Shown one piece after another: positions 28,400 to 43,300 of a DNA stretch of 64,000 bases. The position numbers were made by a program, and so were the translations under genes. How positions within the stretch are numbered: position 1 is the stretch's first letter; each line of letters begins with the position of its first letter. Under the pieces are notes generated by a model. That model searched no databases. It was not told where the DNA came from and worked only from the letters and a program-made list of their open reading frames with translations. Where the stretch lies: assembly GCA_964016885.1 (NCBI GenBank), contig OZ024744.1, forward strand, positions 19,654,001 through 19,718,000, given 5' to 3'. Source of the DNA: Eledone cirrhosa. Taxonomy: Eukaryota.

Positions 28400-31300
28400 C
28401 AGACCACTGTGCTACCATTACACCAATACACATCCCATCTCCTTCCATTCGAATTAGAAGCTATAAACTTAGCAAGTGAATGATAAACAAGCAAATTATA
28501 AACGTAAACATGTAAGTATTTTTTTGAAACGGTGCGCGAGTTTGAAATTAGAAATAATAAGCTTTCACCGTATTTGACACTAAAGAAATTTATAGCTTGA
28601 TAGTGGGGTTTATAACCCTCGGAGAAATGGCAAAAAATGAGTGTTGCCATACATGGGAGTCGAAGCCACATATTTGGTTATCGAGACCACTGTGCTACAA
28701 TTACACCAATACACATCCCTTCTCCTTCCATTCGAATTAGAAGCTATGAACTTAGCAAGTGAATGATAAACAAGCAAATTATAAACGTAAACATGTAAGT
28801 ATGTTTTTGAAACGGTGCGCGAGTTTGAAAGTAGAAATTAGAAATTATAAGGTTTCACCTTATTTTAGAATAAAGAAATTTATAGCTTGATAGTGGGGTT
28901 TATAACCCTCGGAGAAATGGAAAAAGATGAGTGTTGCCATACATGGGAGTCGAACCCACATCTTTGGTTATCCAGACCACTGTCCTACCATTAGACCAAT
29001 ACACATCCCATCTCCTTCCATTCGAATTAGAAGCTATGAACTTAGCAAGTGAATGATAAACAAGCAAATTATAAACGTAAACATGTAAGTATGTTTTTGA
29101 AACGGTGCGCGTGTTTGAAATTAGAAGTCAGAAATGATAAGCTTTCAATGAATTTTAGACTAAAGAAATGTATAGCTTGATAGTGGGGTTTATAACCCTA
29201 GGAGAAATGGAAAAAGATGAGTGTTGCCATACCTGGGAGTCGAACCCACATCTTTGGTTATCCAGACCACTGTGCTACCATTACACGAATACACATCCCA
29301 TCTCCTTCCATTCGAATTAGAAGCTATGAACTTAGCAAGTGAATGATAAACAAGCAAATTATAAACGTAAACATGTAAGTATGTTTTTGAAACAGTGCGC
29401 TCTTTTGAAATCAGAAATTAGAAATTATAAGCTTTCACCGTATTTTAGACTAAAGAAATTTATAGCTTGATAGTGGGGATTATAACCCTCGGAGAAATGG
29501 AAAAAGATGAGTGTTGCCATGCATGGGAGTCGAACCCACATCTTTGGTTATCCAGACCACTGTCCTACCATTAGACCAATACACATCCCATCTCCTTCCA
29601 TTCGAATTAGAAGCTATGAACTTAGCAAGTGAATGATAAACAAGCAAATTATAAACGTAAACATGTAAGTATGTTTTTGAAACGGTGCGCGTGTTTGAAA
29701 TTAGAAGTCAGAAATTATAAGCTTTCACCGGATTTTAGACTAAAGAAATGTATAGCTTGATAGTGGGGTTTATAACCCTAGGAGAAATGGAAAAAGATGA
29801 GTGTCGCCATACCTGGGAGTCGAACCCACATCTTTGGTTATCCAGACCACTGTCCTACCATTATACGAATACATGTCCCATCTCCTTCCATTCGAATTAG
29901 AAGCTACGAAGTTAGCAAGTGAATGATAAACAAGCAAATTATAAACGTAAACATGTAAGTATGTTTTTGAAACGGTGCGCGAGTTTGAAATTAGAAATTA
30001 GAAATTATAAGCTTTCACCGGATTTTAGAATAAAAAAATTTATAGCTTGATAGTGGGGTTCATGACCCTCGGAGAAATGGAAAAAGATGAGTGTTGCCAC
30101 ACATGGGCGTCGAACCCACATAATTTGTTATCCAGACCACTGTGCTACCATTACACCAATACACATCCCATCTCCTTCCATTCGAATTAGAAGCTATGAA
30201 ATTAGCAAGTGAATGATAAACAAGCAAATTATAAACGTAAACATGTAAGTATGTTTTTGAACCGGTGCGCGAGTTTGAAATTAGAAATTAGAAATTATAA
30301 GCTTTCACCGTATTTTAGAATAAAGAAATTTATAGCTTGATAGTGGGGTATATAACCCTCGGAGAAATGGAAAACGATGAGTGTTGCCATACATGGGAGT
30401 CGAACACACACCTTGGTTATCCAGACCACTGTATTACCATTACGCGAATACACATCCCATTTACTTCCATTCGAATATAGAAGCTATAAAGTTAGCAAGT
30501 GAATGATAAACAAGCAAATTATAAACGTAAACATGTAAGTATTTTTTTGAAACGGTGCGCGAGTTTGAAATTAGAAATTAAAAATTATAAGCTTTCACCG
30601 TATTTTAGACTAAAGAAATTTATAGCTTGATAGTGGGGTTTATAACCCTAGGAGAAATGGAAAAAGATGCGTGTTGCCATACCTGGGAGTCGAACCCACA
30701 TCTTTGGTTATCCAGACCACTGTGCTACCATTACACGAATACACATCCCATCTCCTTCCATTCGAATTAGAAGCTACGAAGTTAGCAAGTGAATGATAAA
30801 CAAGCAAATTATAAACGTAAACATGTAAGTATGTTTTTGAAACGGTGCACGAGTTTGAAAGTAGAAATTAGAAATTATAAGCTCTCACCGGATTTTAGAC
30901 TAAAGAAATGTATAGCTTAATAGTGGGGTTTATAACCCTCGGAGAAATGGAAAAAGAAGAGTGTTGCCATACATGGGAGTCGAACCCACATATTTGGTTA
31001 TCCAAACCACTGTGCTTCCATTACACCAATGCATATCCCATCTCCTTCCATTCGAATTAGAAGCTATGAACTTAGCAAGTGAATGATAAACGAGCAAATT
31101 ATAAACGTAAACATGTAAATATGTTTTTGAAACAGTGTGCTCGTTTGAAACTAGAAATTAGAAATTATAAGGTTTCACCGTATTTTAGACTAAATAAATT
31201 TATAGCTTGATAGTGGGGATTATAACCCTCGGAGAAATGGAAAAAGATGAGTGTTGCCATACATGGGAGTCGAACCCACATCTTTGGTTATCCAGACCAC

Positions 31301-34300
31301 TGTCCTACCATTAGACCAATACACATCCCATCTCCTTCCATTCGAATTAGAAGCTATGAACTTAGCAAGTGAATGATAAAGAAGCAAATTATAAACGTAA
31401 ACATGTAAGTATGTTTTTGAAACGGTGCGCTCGTTTAAAATTAGAAATTACAAATTATAAGCTTTCACCGTATTTTAGAATAAAGAAATTTATAGCTTGA
31501 TAGTGGGGTTTATAACCCTAGGAGAAATGGAAAGAGATGAGTGTTGCCACACATGGGAGTCTAACCCACATATTTTGTTATCCAGACCACTGTGCTACCA
31601 TTACACCAATACACATCCCATCTCCTTCCATTCGAATTAGAAGCTATGAACTTAGCAAGTGAATGATAAACAAGCAAATTATAAACGTAAACATGTAAGT
31701 ATGTTTTTGAAATGGTGCGAGAGTTTGAAATTAGAAATTAGAAATTATAAGCTTTCACCGGATTTTAGACTAAAGAAATGTATAGCTTGATAGTGGGGTT
31801 TATAACCCTAGGAGAAATGGAAAAAGATGAGTGTTGCCACACATGGGAGTCGAACCCACATATTTTGTTATCCAGACCACTGTGCTACCATTACACCAAT
31901 ACACATCCCATCTCCTTCCATTCGAATTAGAAGCTATGAACTTAGCAAGTGAATGATAAACAAGCAAATTATAAACGTAAACATGTAAGTATGTTTTTGA
32001 AACGGTGCGCGAGTTTGAAATTAGAAATTAGAAATTATAAGCTTTCACCGGATTTTAGAATAAAAAAATTTATAGCTTGATAGTGGGGTTCATAACCCTC
32101 GGAGAAATGGAAAAAGATGAGTGTTGCCACACATGGGAGTCGAACCCACATATTTTGTTATCCAGACCACTGTGCTACCATTACACCAATACACATCCCA
32201 TCTCCTTCCATTCGAATTAGAAGCTATGAACTTAGCAAGTGAATGATAAACAAGCAAATTATAAACGTAAACATGTAAGTATGTTTTTGAAACGGTGCGC
32301 GAGTTTGAAATTAGAAATTAGAAATTATAAGCTTTCACCGGATTTTAGAATAAAAAAATTTATAGCTTGATAGTGGGGTTCATAACCCTCGGAGAAATGG
32401 AAAAAGATGAGTGTTGCCACACATGGGCGTCGAACCCACATAATTTGTTATCCAGACCACTGTGCTACCATTACACCAATACACATCCCATCTCCTTCCA
32501 TTCGAATTAGAAGCTATAAACTTAGCAAGTGAATGATAAACAAGCAAATTATAAACGTAAACATGTAAGTATTTTTTTGAAACGGTGCGCGAGTTTGAAA
32601 TTAGAAATAATAAGCTTTCACCGTATTTTACACTAAAGAAATTTATAGCTTGATAGTGGGGTTTATAAACCTCGGAGAAATGGCAAAAAATGAGTGTTGC
32701 CATACATGGGAGTTGAAGCCACATATTTGGTTATCCAGGCCACTGTGCTACAATTACACCAATACACATCCCTTCTTCCATTCGAATTAGAAGCTATGAA
32801 CTTAGCAAGTGAATGATAAACAAGCAAATTATAAACGTAAACATGTAAGTATGTTTTTGAAACGGTGCGCGAGTTTGAAAGTAGAAATTAGAAATTATAA
32901 GGTTTCACCGTATTTTAGAATAAAGAAATTTATAGCTTGATAGTGGGGTTTATAACCCTCGGAGAAATGGGAAAAGATGAGTGTTGCCATACATGGGAGT
33001 CGAACCCACATCTTTGGTTATCCAGACCACTGTCCTACCATTAGACCAATACACATCCCATCTCCTTCCATTCGAATTAGAAGCTATGAACTTAGCAAGT
33101 GAATGATAAACAAGCAAATTATAAACGTAAACATGTAAGTATGTTTTTGAAACGGTGCGCGTGTTTGAAATTAGAAGTCAGAAATGATAAGCTTTCAATG
33201 GATTTTAGACTAAAGAAATGTATAGCTTGATAGTGGGGTTTATAACCCTAGGAGAAATGGAAAAAGATGAGTGTTGCCATACCTGGGAGTCGAACCCACA
33301 TCTTTGGTTATCCAGACCACTGTGCTACCATTACACGAATACACATCCCATCTCCTTCCATTCGAATTAGAAGCTATGAACTTAGCAAGTGAATGATAAA
33401 CAAGCAAATTATAAACGTAAACATGTAAGTATGTTTTTGAAACGGTGCGCTCTTTTGAAATCAGAAATTAGAAATGATAAGCTTTCACCGTATTTTAGAC
33501 TAAAGAAATGTATAGCTTGATAGTGGGGTTTATAACCCTAGGAGAAATGGAAAAAGATGCGTGTTGCCATACCTGGGAGTCGAACCCACATCTTTGGTTA
33601 TCCAGACCACTGTGCTACCATTACACGAATACACATCCCATCTCCTTCCATTCGAATTAGAAGCTATGAACTTAGCAAGTGAATGATAAACGAGCAAATT
33701 ATAAACGTAAACATGTAAGTATGTTTTTGAAACGGTGTGCTCGTTTGAAACTAGAAATTAGAAATTATAAGGTTTCACCGTATTTTAGACTAAATAAATT
33801 AATAGCTTGATAGTGGGGATTATAACCCTCGGAGAAATGGAAAAAGATGAGTGTTGCCATACATGGGAGTCGAACCCACATCTTTGGTTATCCAGACCAC
33901 TGTCCTACCATTAGACCAATACACATCCCATCTCCTTCCATTCGAATTAGAAGCTATGAACTTAGCAAGTGAATGATAAACAAGCAAATTATAAACGTAA
34001 ACATGTAAGTATTTTTTTGAAACGGTGCGCGAGTTTGAAATTAGAAATTATAAGCTTTCACCGTATTTTACACTGAAGAAATTTCTAGCCTGATAGTGGG
34101 GTTTATATCCCTCGGAGAAATGGAAAACGATGAGTGTTGCCATACATGGGAGTCGAAACCACACGTTTGGTTATCCAGACCACTGTTCTACCATTACATC
34201 AATACACATCCCATTCCCTTCCATTCGAAATAGAAGCTACGAACTTAGCAAGTGAATGATAAACAAGCAAATTATAAACGTAAACATGTAAGTATGTTTT

Positions 34301-37300
34301 TGAAACGGTGCGCGAGTTTGAAATTAGAAATTATAAATTATAAGCTTTCACCGTATTTTAGAATAAAGAAATTTATAGCTTGATAGTGGGGTTTATAACC
34401 CTAGGAGAAATGGAAAAAGATGAGTGTTGCCACACATGGGTGTCGAACCCACATATTTTGTTATCCAGACCACTGTGCTACCATTACACCAATACACATC
34501 CCATCTCCTTCCATTCGAATTAGAAGCTATGAACTTAGCAAGTGAATGATAAACAAGCAAATTATAAACGTAAACATGTAAGTATGTTTTTGAAATGGTG
34601 CGAGAGTTTGAAATTAGAAATTAGAAATTATAAGCTTTCTCCGAATTTTAGACTAAAGAAATGTATAGCTTGATAGTGGGGTTTTATAACCCTCGGAGAA
34701 ATGGCAAAAAATGAGTGTTGCCATACATGCGAGTCGAAGCCACATATTTGGTTATCCAGACCACTGTGCTACAATTACACCAATACACATCCCTTCTCCT
34801 TCCATTCGAATTAGAAGCTATGAACTTAGCAAGTGAATGATAAACAAGCAAATTATAAACGTAAACATGTAAGTATGTTTTTGAAACGGTGCGCGTGTTT
34901 GAAATTAGAAGTCAGAAATGATAAGCTTTCACCGTATTTTAGACTAAAGAAATGTATAGCTTGATAGTGGGGTTTATAACCCTAGGAGAAATGGAAAAAG
35001 ATGCGTGTTGCCATACCTGGGAGTCGAACCCACATCTTTGGTTATCCAGACCACTGTGCTACCATTACACGAATACACATCCCATCTCCTTCCATTCGAA
35101 TTAGAAGCTATGAACTTAGCAAGTGAATGATAAACGAGCAAATTATAAACGTAAACATGTAAGTATGTTTTTGAAACGGTGTGCTCCTTTGAAACTAGAA
35201 ATTAGAAATTATAAGGTTTCAAAGTATTTTAGACTAAATAAATTAATAGCTTGATAGTGGGGATTATAACCCTCGGAGAAATGGAAAAAGATGAGTGTTG
35301 CCATACATGGGAGTCGAACCCACATCTTTGGTTATCCAGACCACTGTCCTACCATTAGACCAATACACATCCCATCTCCTTCCATTCGAATTAGAAGCTA
35401 TGAACTTAGCAAGTGAATGATAAACAAGCAAATTATAAACGTAAACATGTAAGTATGTTTTTGAAACGGTGCGCTCGTTTAAAATAAAAAAATTAGAAAT
35501 TATAAGCTTTCACCGTATTTTAGAATAAAGAAATTTATAGCTTGATAGTGGGGTTTATAACCCTCGGAGAAATGGAAAAAGATGAGTGTTGCCACTCATG
35601 GGAGTCGAACCCAGATATTTTGTTATCCAGACCACTGTGCTACCATTACACCAATACACATCCCATCTCCTTCCATTCGAATTAGAAGCTATGAACTTAG
35701 CAAGTGAATGATAAACAAGCAAATTATAAACGTAAACATGTAAGTATGTTTTTGAAATGGTGCGAGAGTTTGAAATTAGAAATTAGAAATTATAGGCTTT
35801 CACCGGATTTTAGACTAAAGAAATGTATAGCTTGATAGTGGGGTTTATAACCCTAGGAGAAATGGAAAAAGATGAGTGTTGCCACACATGGGAGTCGAAC
35901 CCACATATTTTGTTATCCAGACCACTGTGCTACCATTACACCAATACACATCCCATCTCCTTCCATTCGAATTAGAAGCTACGAAGTTAGCAAGTGATTG
36001 ATAAACAAGCAAATTATAAACGTAAACATGTAAGTATGTTTTTGAAACGGTGCGCGAGTTTGAAATTAGAATTTAGAAATTATAAGCTTTCACCGGATTT
36101 TAGAATAAAGAAATTTATAGCTTGATAGCGGGGTTCATAACCCTCGGAGAAATGGAAAAAGATGAGTGTTGCCACACATGGGCGTCGAACCCACATATTT
36201 TGTTATCCAGACCACTGTGCTACCATTACACCAATACACATCCCATCTCCTTCAATTCGAATTAGAAGCTATGAACTTAGCAAGTGAATGATAAACAAGC
36301 AAATTATAAACGTAAACATGTAAGTATTTTTTTGAAACGGTGCGCGAGTTTGAAATTAGAAATTATAAGCTTTCACCGTATTTTACACTGAAGAAATTTC
36401 TAGCCTGATAGTGGGGTTTATATCCCTCGGAGAAATGGAAAACGATGAGTGTTGCCATACATGGGAGTCGAAACCACACGTTTGGTTATCCAGACCACTG
36501 TTCTACCATTACATCAATACACATCCCATTCCCTTCCATTCGAAATAGAAGCTACGAACTTAGCAAGTGAATGATAAACAAGCAAATTATAAACGTAAAC
36601 ATGTAAGTATGTTTTTGAAACGGTGCGCGAGTTTGAAATTAGAAATTATAAATTATAAGCTTTCACCGTATTTTAGAATAAAGAAATTTATAGCTTGATA
36701 GTGGGGTTTATAACCCTAGGAGAAATGGAAAAAGATGAGTGTTGCCACACATGGGTGTCGAACCCACATATTTTGTTATCCAGACCACTGTGCTACCATT
36801 ACACCAATACACATCCCATCTCCTTCCATTCGAATTAGAAGCTATGAACTTAGCAAGTGAATGATAAACAAGCAAATTATAAACGTAAACATGTAAGTAT
36901 GTTTTTGAAATGGTGCGAGAGTTTGAAATTAGAAATTAGAAATTATAAGCTTTCTCCGAATTTTAGACTAAAGAAATGTATAGCTTGATAGTGGGGTTTA
37001 TAACCCTAGGAGAAATGGAAAAAGATGAGTGTTGCCACACATGGGAGTCGAACCCACATATTTTGTTATCCAGACCACTGTGCTACCATTACACCAATAC
37101 ACATCCCATCTCCTTCCATTCGAATTAGAAGCTATGAACTTAGCAAGTGAATGATAAACAAGCAAATTATAAACGTAAACATGTAAGTATGTTTTTGAAA
37201 CGGTGCGCGAGTTTGAAATTAGAAATTAGAAATTATAAGCTTTCACCGGATTTTAGAATAAAGAAATTTATAGCTTGATAGTTGGGTTTATAACCCTCGG

Positions 37301-40300
37301 AGAAATGGCAAAAAATGAGTGTTGCCATACATGCGAGTCGAAGCCACATATTTGGTTATCCAGACCACTGTGCTACAATTACACCAATACACATCCCTTC
37401 TCCTTCCATTCGAATTAGAAGCTATGAACTTAGCAAGTGAATGATAAACAAGCAAATTATAAACGTAAACATGTAAGTATGTTTTTGAAACGGTGCGCGT
37501 GTTTGAAATTAGAAGTCAGAAATGATAAGCTTTCACCGTATTTTAGACTAAAGAAATGTATAGCTTGATAGTGGGGTTTATAACCCTAGGAGAAATGGAA
37601 AAAGATGCGTGTTGCCATACCTGGGAGTCGAACCCACATCTTTGGTTATCCAGACCACTGTGCTACCATTACACGAATACACATCCCATCTCCTTCCATT
37701 CGAATTAGAAGCTATGAACTTAGCAAGTGAATGATAAACGAGCAAATTATAAACGTAAACATGTAAGTATGTTTTTGAAACGGTGTGCTCCTTTGAAACT
37801 AGAAATTAGAAATTATAAGGTTTCACCGTATTTTAGACTAAATAAATTAATAGCTTGATAGTGGGGATTATAACCCTCGGAGAAATGGAAAAAGATGAGT
37901 GTTGCCATACATGGGAGTCGAACCCACATCTTTGGTTATCCAGACCACTGTCCTACCATTAGACCAATACACATCCCATCTCCTTCCATTCGAATTAGAA
38001 GCTATGAACTTAGCAAGTGAATGATAAACAAGCAAATTATAAACGTAAACATGTAAGTATGTTTTTGAAACGGTGCGCTCGTTTAAAATAAAAAAATTAG
38101 AAATTATAAGCTTTCACCGTATTTTAGAATAAAGAAATTTATAGCTTGATAGTGGGGTTTATAACCCTCGGAGAAATGGAAAAAGATGAGTGTTGCCACT
38201 CATGGGAGTCGAACCCAGATATTTTGTTATCCAGACCACTGTGCTACCATTACACCAATACACATCCCATCTCCTTCCATTCGAATTAGAAGCTATGAAC
38301 TTAGCAAGTGAATGATAAACAAGCAAATTATAAACGTAAACATGTAAGTATGTTTTTGAAATGGTGCGAGAGTTTGAAATTAGAAATTAGAAATTATAGG
38401 CTTTCACCGGATTTTAGACTAAAGAAATGTATAGCTTGATAGTGGGGTTTATAACCCTAGGAGAAATGGAAAAAGATGAGTGTTGCCACACATGGGAGTC
38501 GAACCCACATATTTTGTTATCCAGACCACTGTGCTACCATTACACCAATACACATCCCATCTCCTTCCATTCGAATTAGAAGCTATAAACTTAGCAAGTG
38601 AATGATAAACAAGCAAATTATAAACGTAAACATGTAAGTATTTTTTTGAAACGGTGCGCGAGTTTGAAATTAGAAATAATAAGCTTTCACCGTATTTGAC
38701 ACTAAAGAAATTTATAGCTTGATAGTGGGGTTTATAACCCTCGGAGAAATGGCAAAAAATGAGTGTTGCCATACATGGGAGTCGAAGCCACATATTTGGT
38801 TATCGAGACCACTGTGCTACAATTACACCAATACACATCCCTTCTCCTTCCATTCGAATTAGAAGCTATGAACTTAGCAAGTGAATGATAAACAAGCAAA
38901 TTATAAACGTAAACATGTAAGTATGTTTTTGAAACGGTGCGCGAGTTTGAAAGTAGAAATTAGAAATTATAAGGTTTCACCTTATTTTAGAATAAAGAAA
39001 TTTATAGCTTGATAGTGGGGTTTATAACCCTCGGAGAAATGGAAAAAGATGAGTGTTGCCATACATGGGAGTCGAACCCACATCTTTGGTTATCCAGACC
39101 ACTGTCCTACCATTAGACCAATACACATCCCATCTCCTTCCATTCGAATTAGAAGCTATGAACTTAGCAAGTGAATGATAAACAAGCAAATTATAAACGT
39201 AAACATGTAAGTATGTTTTTGAAACGGTGCGCGTGTTTGAAATTAGAAGTCAGAAATGATAAGCTTTCAATGAATTTTAGACTAAAGAAATGTATAGCTT
39301 GATAGTGGGGTTTATAACCCTAGGAGAAATGGAAAAAGATGAGTGTTGCCATACCTGGGAGTCGAACCCACATCTTTGGTTATCCAGACCACTGTGCTAC
39401 CATTACACGAATACACATCCCATCTCCTTCCATTCGAATTAGAAGCTATGAACTTAGCAAGTGAATGATAAACAAGCAAATTATAAACGTAAACATGTAA
39501 GTATGTTTTTGAAACAGTGCGCTCTTTTGAAATCAGAAATTAGAAATTATAAGCTTTCACCGTATTTTAGACTAAAGAAATTTATAGCTTGATAGTGGGG
39601 ATTATAACCCTCGGAGAAATGGAAAAAGATGAGTGTTGCCATGCATGGGAGTCGAACCCACATCTTTGGTTATCCAGACCACTGTCCTACCATTAGACCA
39701 ATACACATCCCATCTCCTTCCATTCGAATTAGAAGCTATGAACTTAGCAAGTGAATGATAAACAAGCAAATTATAAACGTAAACATGTAAGTATGTTTTT
39801 GAAACGGTGCGCGTGTTTGAAATTAGAAGTCAGAAATTATAAGCTTTCACCGGATTTTAGACTAAAGAAATGTATAGCTTGATAGTGGGGTTTATAACCC
39901 TAGGAGAAATGGAAAAAGATGAGTGTCGCCATACCTGGGAGTCGAACCCACATCTTTGGTTATCCAGACCACTGTCCTACCATTATACGAATACATGTCC
40001 CATCTCCTTCCATTCGAATTAGAAGCTACGAAGTTAGCAAGTGAATGATAAACAAGCAAATTATAAACGTAAACATGTAAGTATGTTTTTGAAACGGTGC
40101 GCGAGTTTGAAATTAGAAATTAGAAATTATAAGCTTTCACCGGATTTTAGAATAAAAAAATTTATAGCTTGATAGTGGGGTTCATGACCCTCGGAGAAAT
40201 GGAAAAAGATGAGTGTTGCCACACATGGGCGTCGAACCCACATAATTTGTTATCCAGACCACTGTGCTACCATTACACCAATACACATCCCATCTCCTTC

Positions 40301-43300
40301 CATTCGAATTAGAAGCTATGAAATTAGCAAGTGAATGATAAACAAGCAAATTATAAACGTAAACATGTAAGTATGTTTTTGAACCGGTGCGCGAGTTTGA
40401 AATTAGAAATTAGAAATTATAAGCTTTCACCGTATTTTAGAATAAAGAAATTTATAGCTTGATAGTGGGGTATATAACCCTCGGAGAAATGGAAAACGAT
40501 GAGTGTTGCCATACATGGGAGTCGAACACACACCTTGGTTATCCAGACCACTGTATTACCATTACGCGAATACACATCCCATTTACTTCCATTCGAATAT
40601 AGAAGCTATAAAGTTAGCAAGTGAATGATAAACAAGCAAATTATAAACGTAAACATGTAAGTATTTTTTTGAAACGGTGCGCGAGTTTGAAATTAGAAAT
40701 TAAAAATTATAAGCTTTCACCGTATTTTAGACTAAAGAAATTTATAGCTTGATAGTGGGGTTTATAACCCTAGGAGAAATGGAAAAAGATGCGTGTTGCC
40801 ATACCTGGGAGTCGAACCCACATCTTTGGTTATCCAGACCACTGTGCTACCATTACACGAATACACATCCCATCTCCTTCCATTCGAATTAGAAGCTACG
40901 AAGTTAGCAAGTGAATGATAAACAAGCAAATTATAAACGTAAACATGTAAGTATGTTTTTGAAACGGTGCACGAGTTTGAAAGTAGAAATTAGAAATTAT
41001 AAGCTCTCACCGGATTTTAGACTAAAGAAATGTATAGCTTAATAGTGGGGTTTATAACCCTCGGAGAAATGGAAAAAGAAGAGTGTTGCCATACATGGGA
41101 GTCGAACCCACATATTTGGTTATCCAAACCACTGTGCTTCCATTACACCAATGCATATCCCATCTCCTTCCATTCGAATTAGAAGCTATGAACTTAGCAA
41201 GTGAATGATAAACGAGCAAATTATAAACGTAAACATGTAAGTATGTTTTTGAAACAGTGTGCTCGTTTGAAACTAGAAATTAGAAATTATAAGGTTTCAC
41301 CGTATTTTAGACTAAATAAATTTATAGCTTGATAGTGGGGATTATAACCCTCGGAGAAATGGAAAAAGATGAGTGTTGCCATACATGGGAGTCGAACCCA
41401 CATCTTTGGTTATCCAGACCACTGTCCTACCATTAGACCAATACACATCCCATCTCCTTCCATTCGAATTAGAAGCTATGAACTTAGCAAGTGAATGATA
41501 AAGAAGCAAATTATAAACGTAAACATGTAAGTATGTTTTTGAAACGGTGCGCTCGTTTAAAATTAGAAATTACAAATTATAAGCTTTCACCGTATTTTAG
41601 AATAAAGAAATTTATAGCTTGATAGTGGGGTTTATAACCCTAGGAGAAATGGAAAGAGATGAGTGTTGCCACACATGGGAGTCTAACCCACATATTTTGT
41701 TATCCAGACCACTGTGCTACCATTACACCAATACACATCCCATCTCCTTCCATTCGAATTAGAAGCTATGAACTTAGCAAGTGAATGATAAACAAGCAAA
41801 TTATAAACGTAAACATGTAAGTATGTTTTTGAAATGGTGCGAGAGTTTGAAATTAGAAATTAGAAATTATAAGCTTTCACCGGATTTTAGACTAAAGAAA
41901 TGTATAGCTTGATAGTGGGGTTTATAACCCTAGGAGAAATGGAAAAAGATGAGTGTTGCCACACATGGGAGTCGAACCCACATATTTTGTTATCCAGACC
42001 ACTGTGCTACCATTACACCAATACACATCCCATCTCCTTCCATTCGAATTAGAAGCTATGAACTTAGCAAGTGAATGATAAACAAGCAAATTATAAACGT
42101 AAACATGTAAGTATGTTTTTGAAACGGTGCGCGAGTTTGAAATTAGAAATTAGAAATTATAAGCTTTCACCGGATTTTAGAATAAAAAAATTTATAGCTT
42201 GATAGTGGGGTTCATAACCCTCGGAGAAATGGAAAAAGATGAGTGTTGCCACACATGGGAGTCGAACCCACATATTTTGTTATCCAGACCACTGTGCTAC
42301 CATTACACCAATACACATCCCATCTCCTTCCATTCGAATTAGAAGCTATGAACTTAGCAAGTGAATGATAAACAAGCAAATTATAAACGTAAACATGTAA
42401 GTATGTTTTTGAAACGGTGCGCGAGTTTGAAATTAGAAATTAGAAATTATAAGCTTTCACCGGATTTTAGAATAAAAAAATTTATAGCTTGATAGTGGGG
42501 TTCATAACCCTCGGAGAAATGGAAAAAGATGAGTGTTGCCACACATGGGCGTCGAACCCACATAATTTGTTATCCAGACCACTGTGCTACCATTACACCA
42601 ATACACATCCCATCTCCTTCCATTCGAATTAGAAGCTATAAACTTAGCAAGTGAATGATAAACAAGCAAATTATAAACGTAAACATGTAAGTATTTTTTT
42701 GAAACGGTGCGCGAGTTTGAAATTAGAAATAATAAGCTTTCACCGTATTTTACACTAAAGAAATTTATAGCTTGATAGTGGGGTTTATAAACCTCGGAGA
42801 AATGGCAAAAAATGAGTGTTGCCATACATGGGAGTTGAAGCCACATATTTGGTTATCCAGGCCACTGTGCTACAATTACACCAATACACATCCCTTCTTC
42901 CATTCGAATTAGAAGCTATGAACTTAGCAAGTGAATGATAAACAAGCAAATTATAAACGTAAACATGTAAGTATGTTTTTGAAACGGTGCGCGAGTTTGA
43001 AAGTAGAAATTAGAAATTATAAGGTTTCACCGTATTTTAGAATAAAGAAATTTATAGCTTGATAGTGGGGTTTATAACCCTCGGAGAAATGGGAAAAGAT
43101 GAGTGTTGCCATACATGGGAGTCGAACCCACATCTTTGGTTATCCAGACCACTGTCCTACCATTAGACCAATACACATCCCATCTCCTTCCATTCGAATT
43201 AGAAGCTATGAACTTAGCAAGTGAATGATAAACAAGCAAATTATAAACGTAAACATGTAAGTATGTTTTTGAAACGGTGCGCGTGTTTGAAATTAGAAGT

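Noticed and set aside
3182-42846. Recurrent 114-aa minus-strand ORFs (MWLRLPCMATL...) and the 60-68-aa ORFs
   Set aside because: The 114-aa ORFs appear only where a 7-bp AGAAATT deletion shifts the frame past stop codons. They read through the tRNA-like cassette, span more than one monomer and resemble no protein family I recognise. The 290-bp period is not a multiple of 3.
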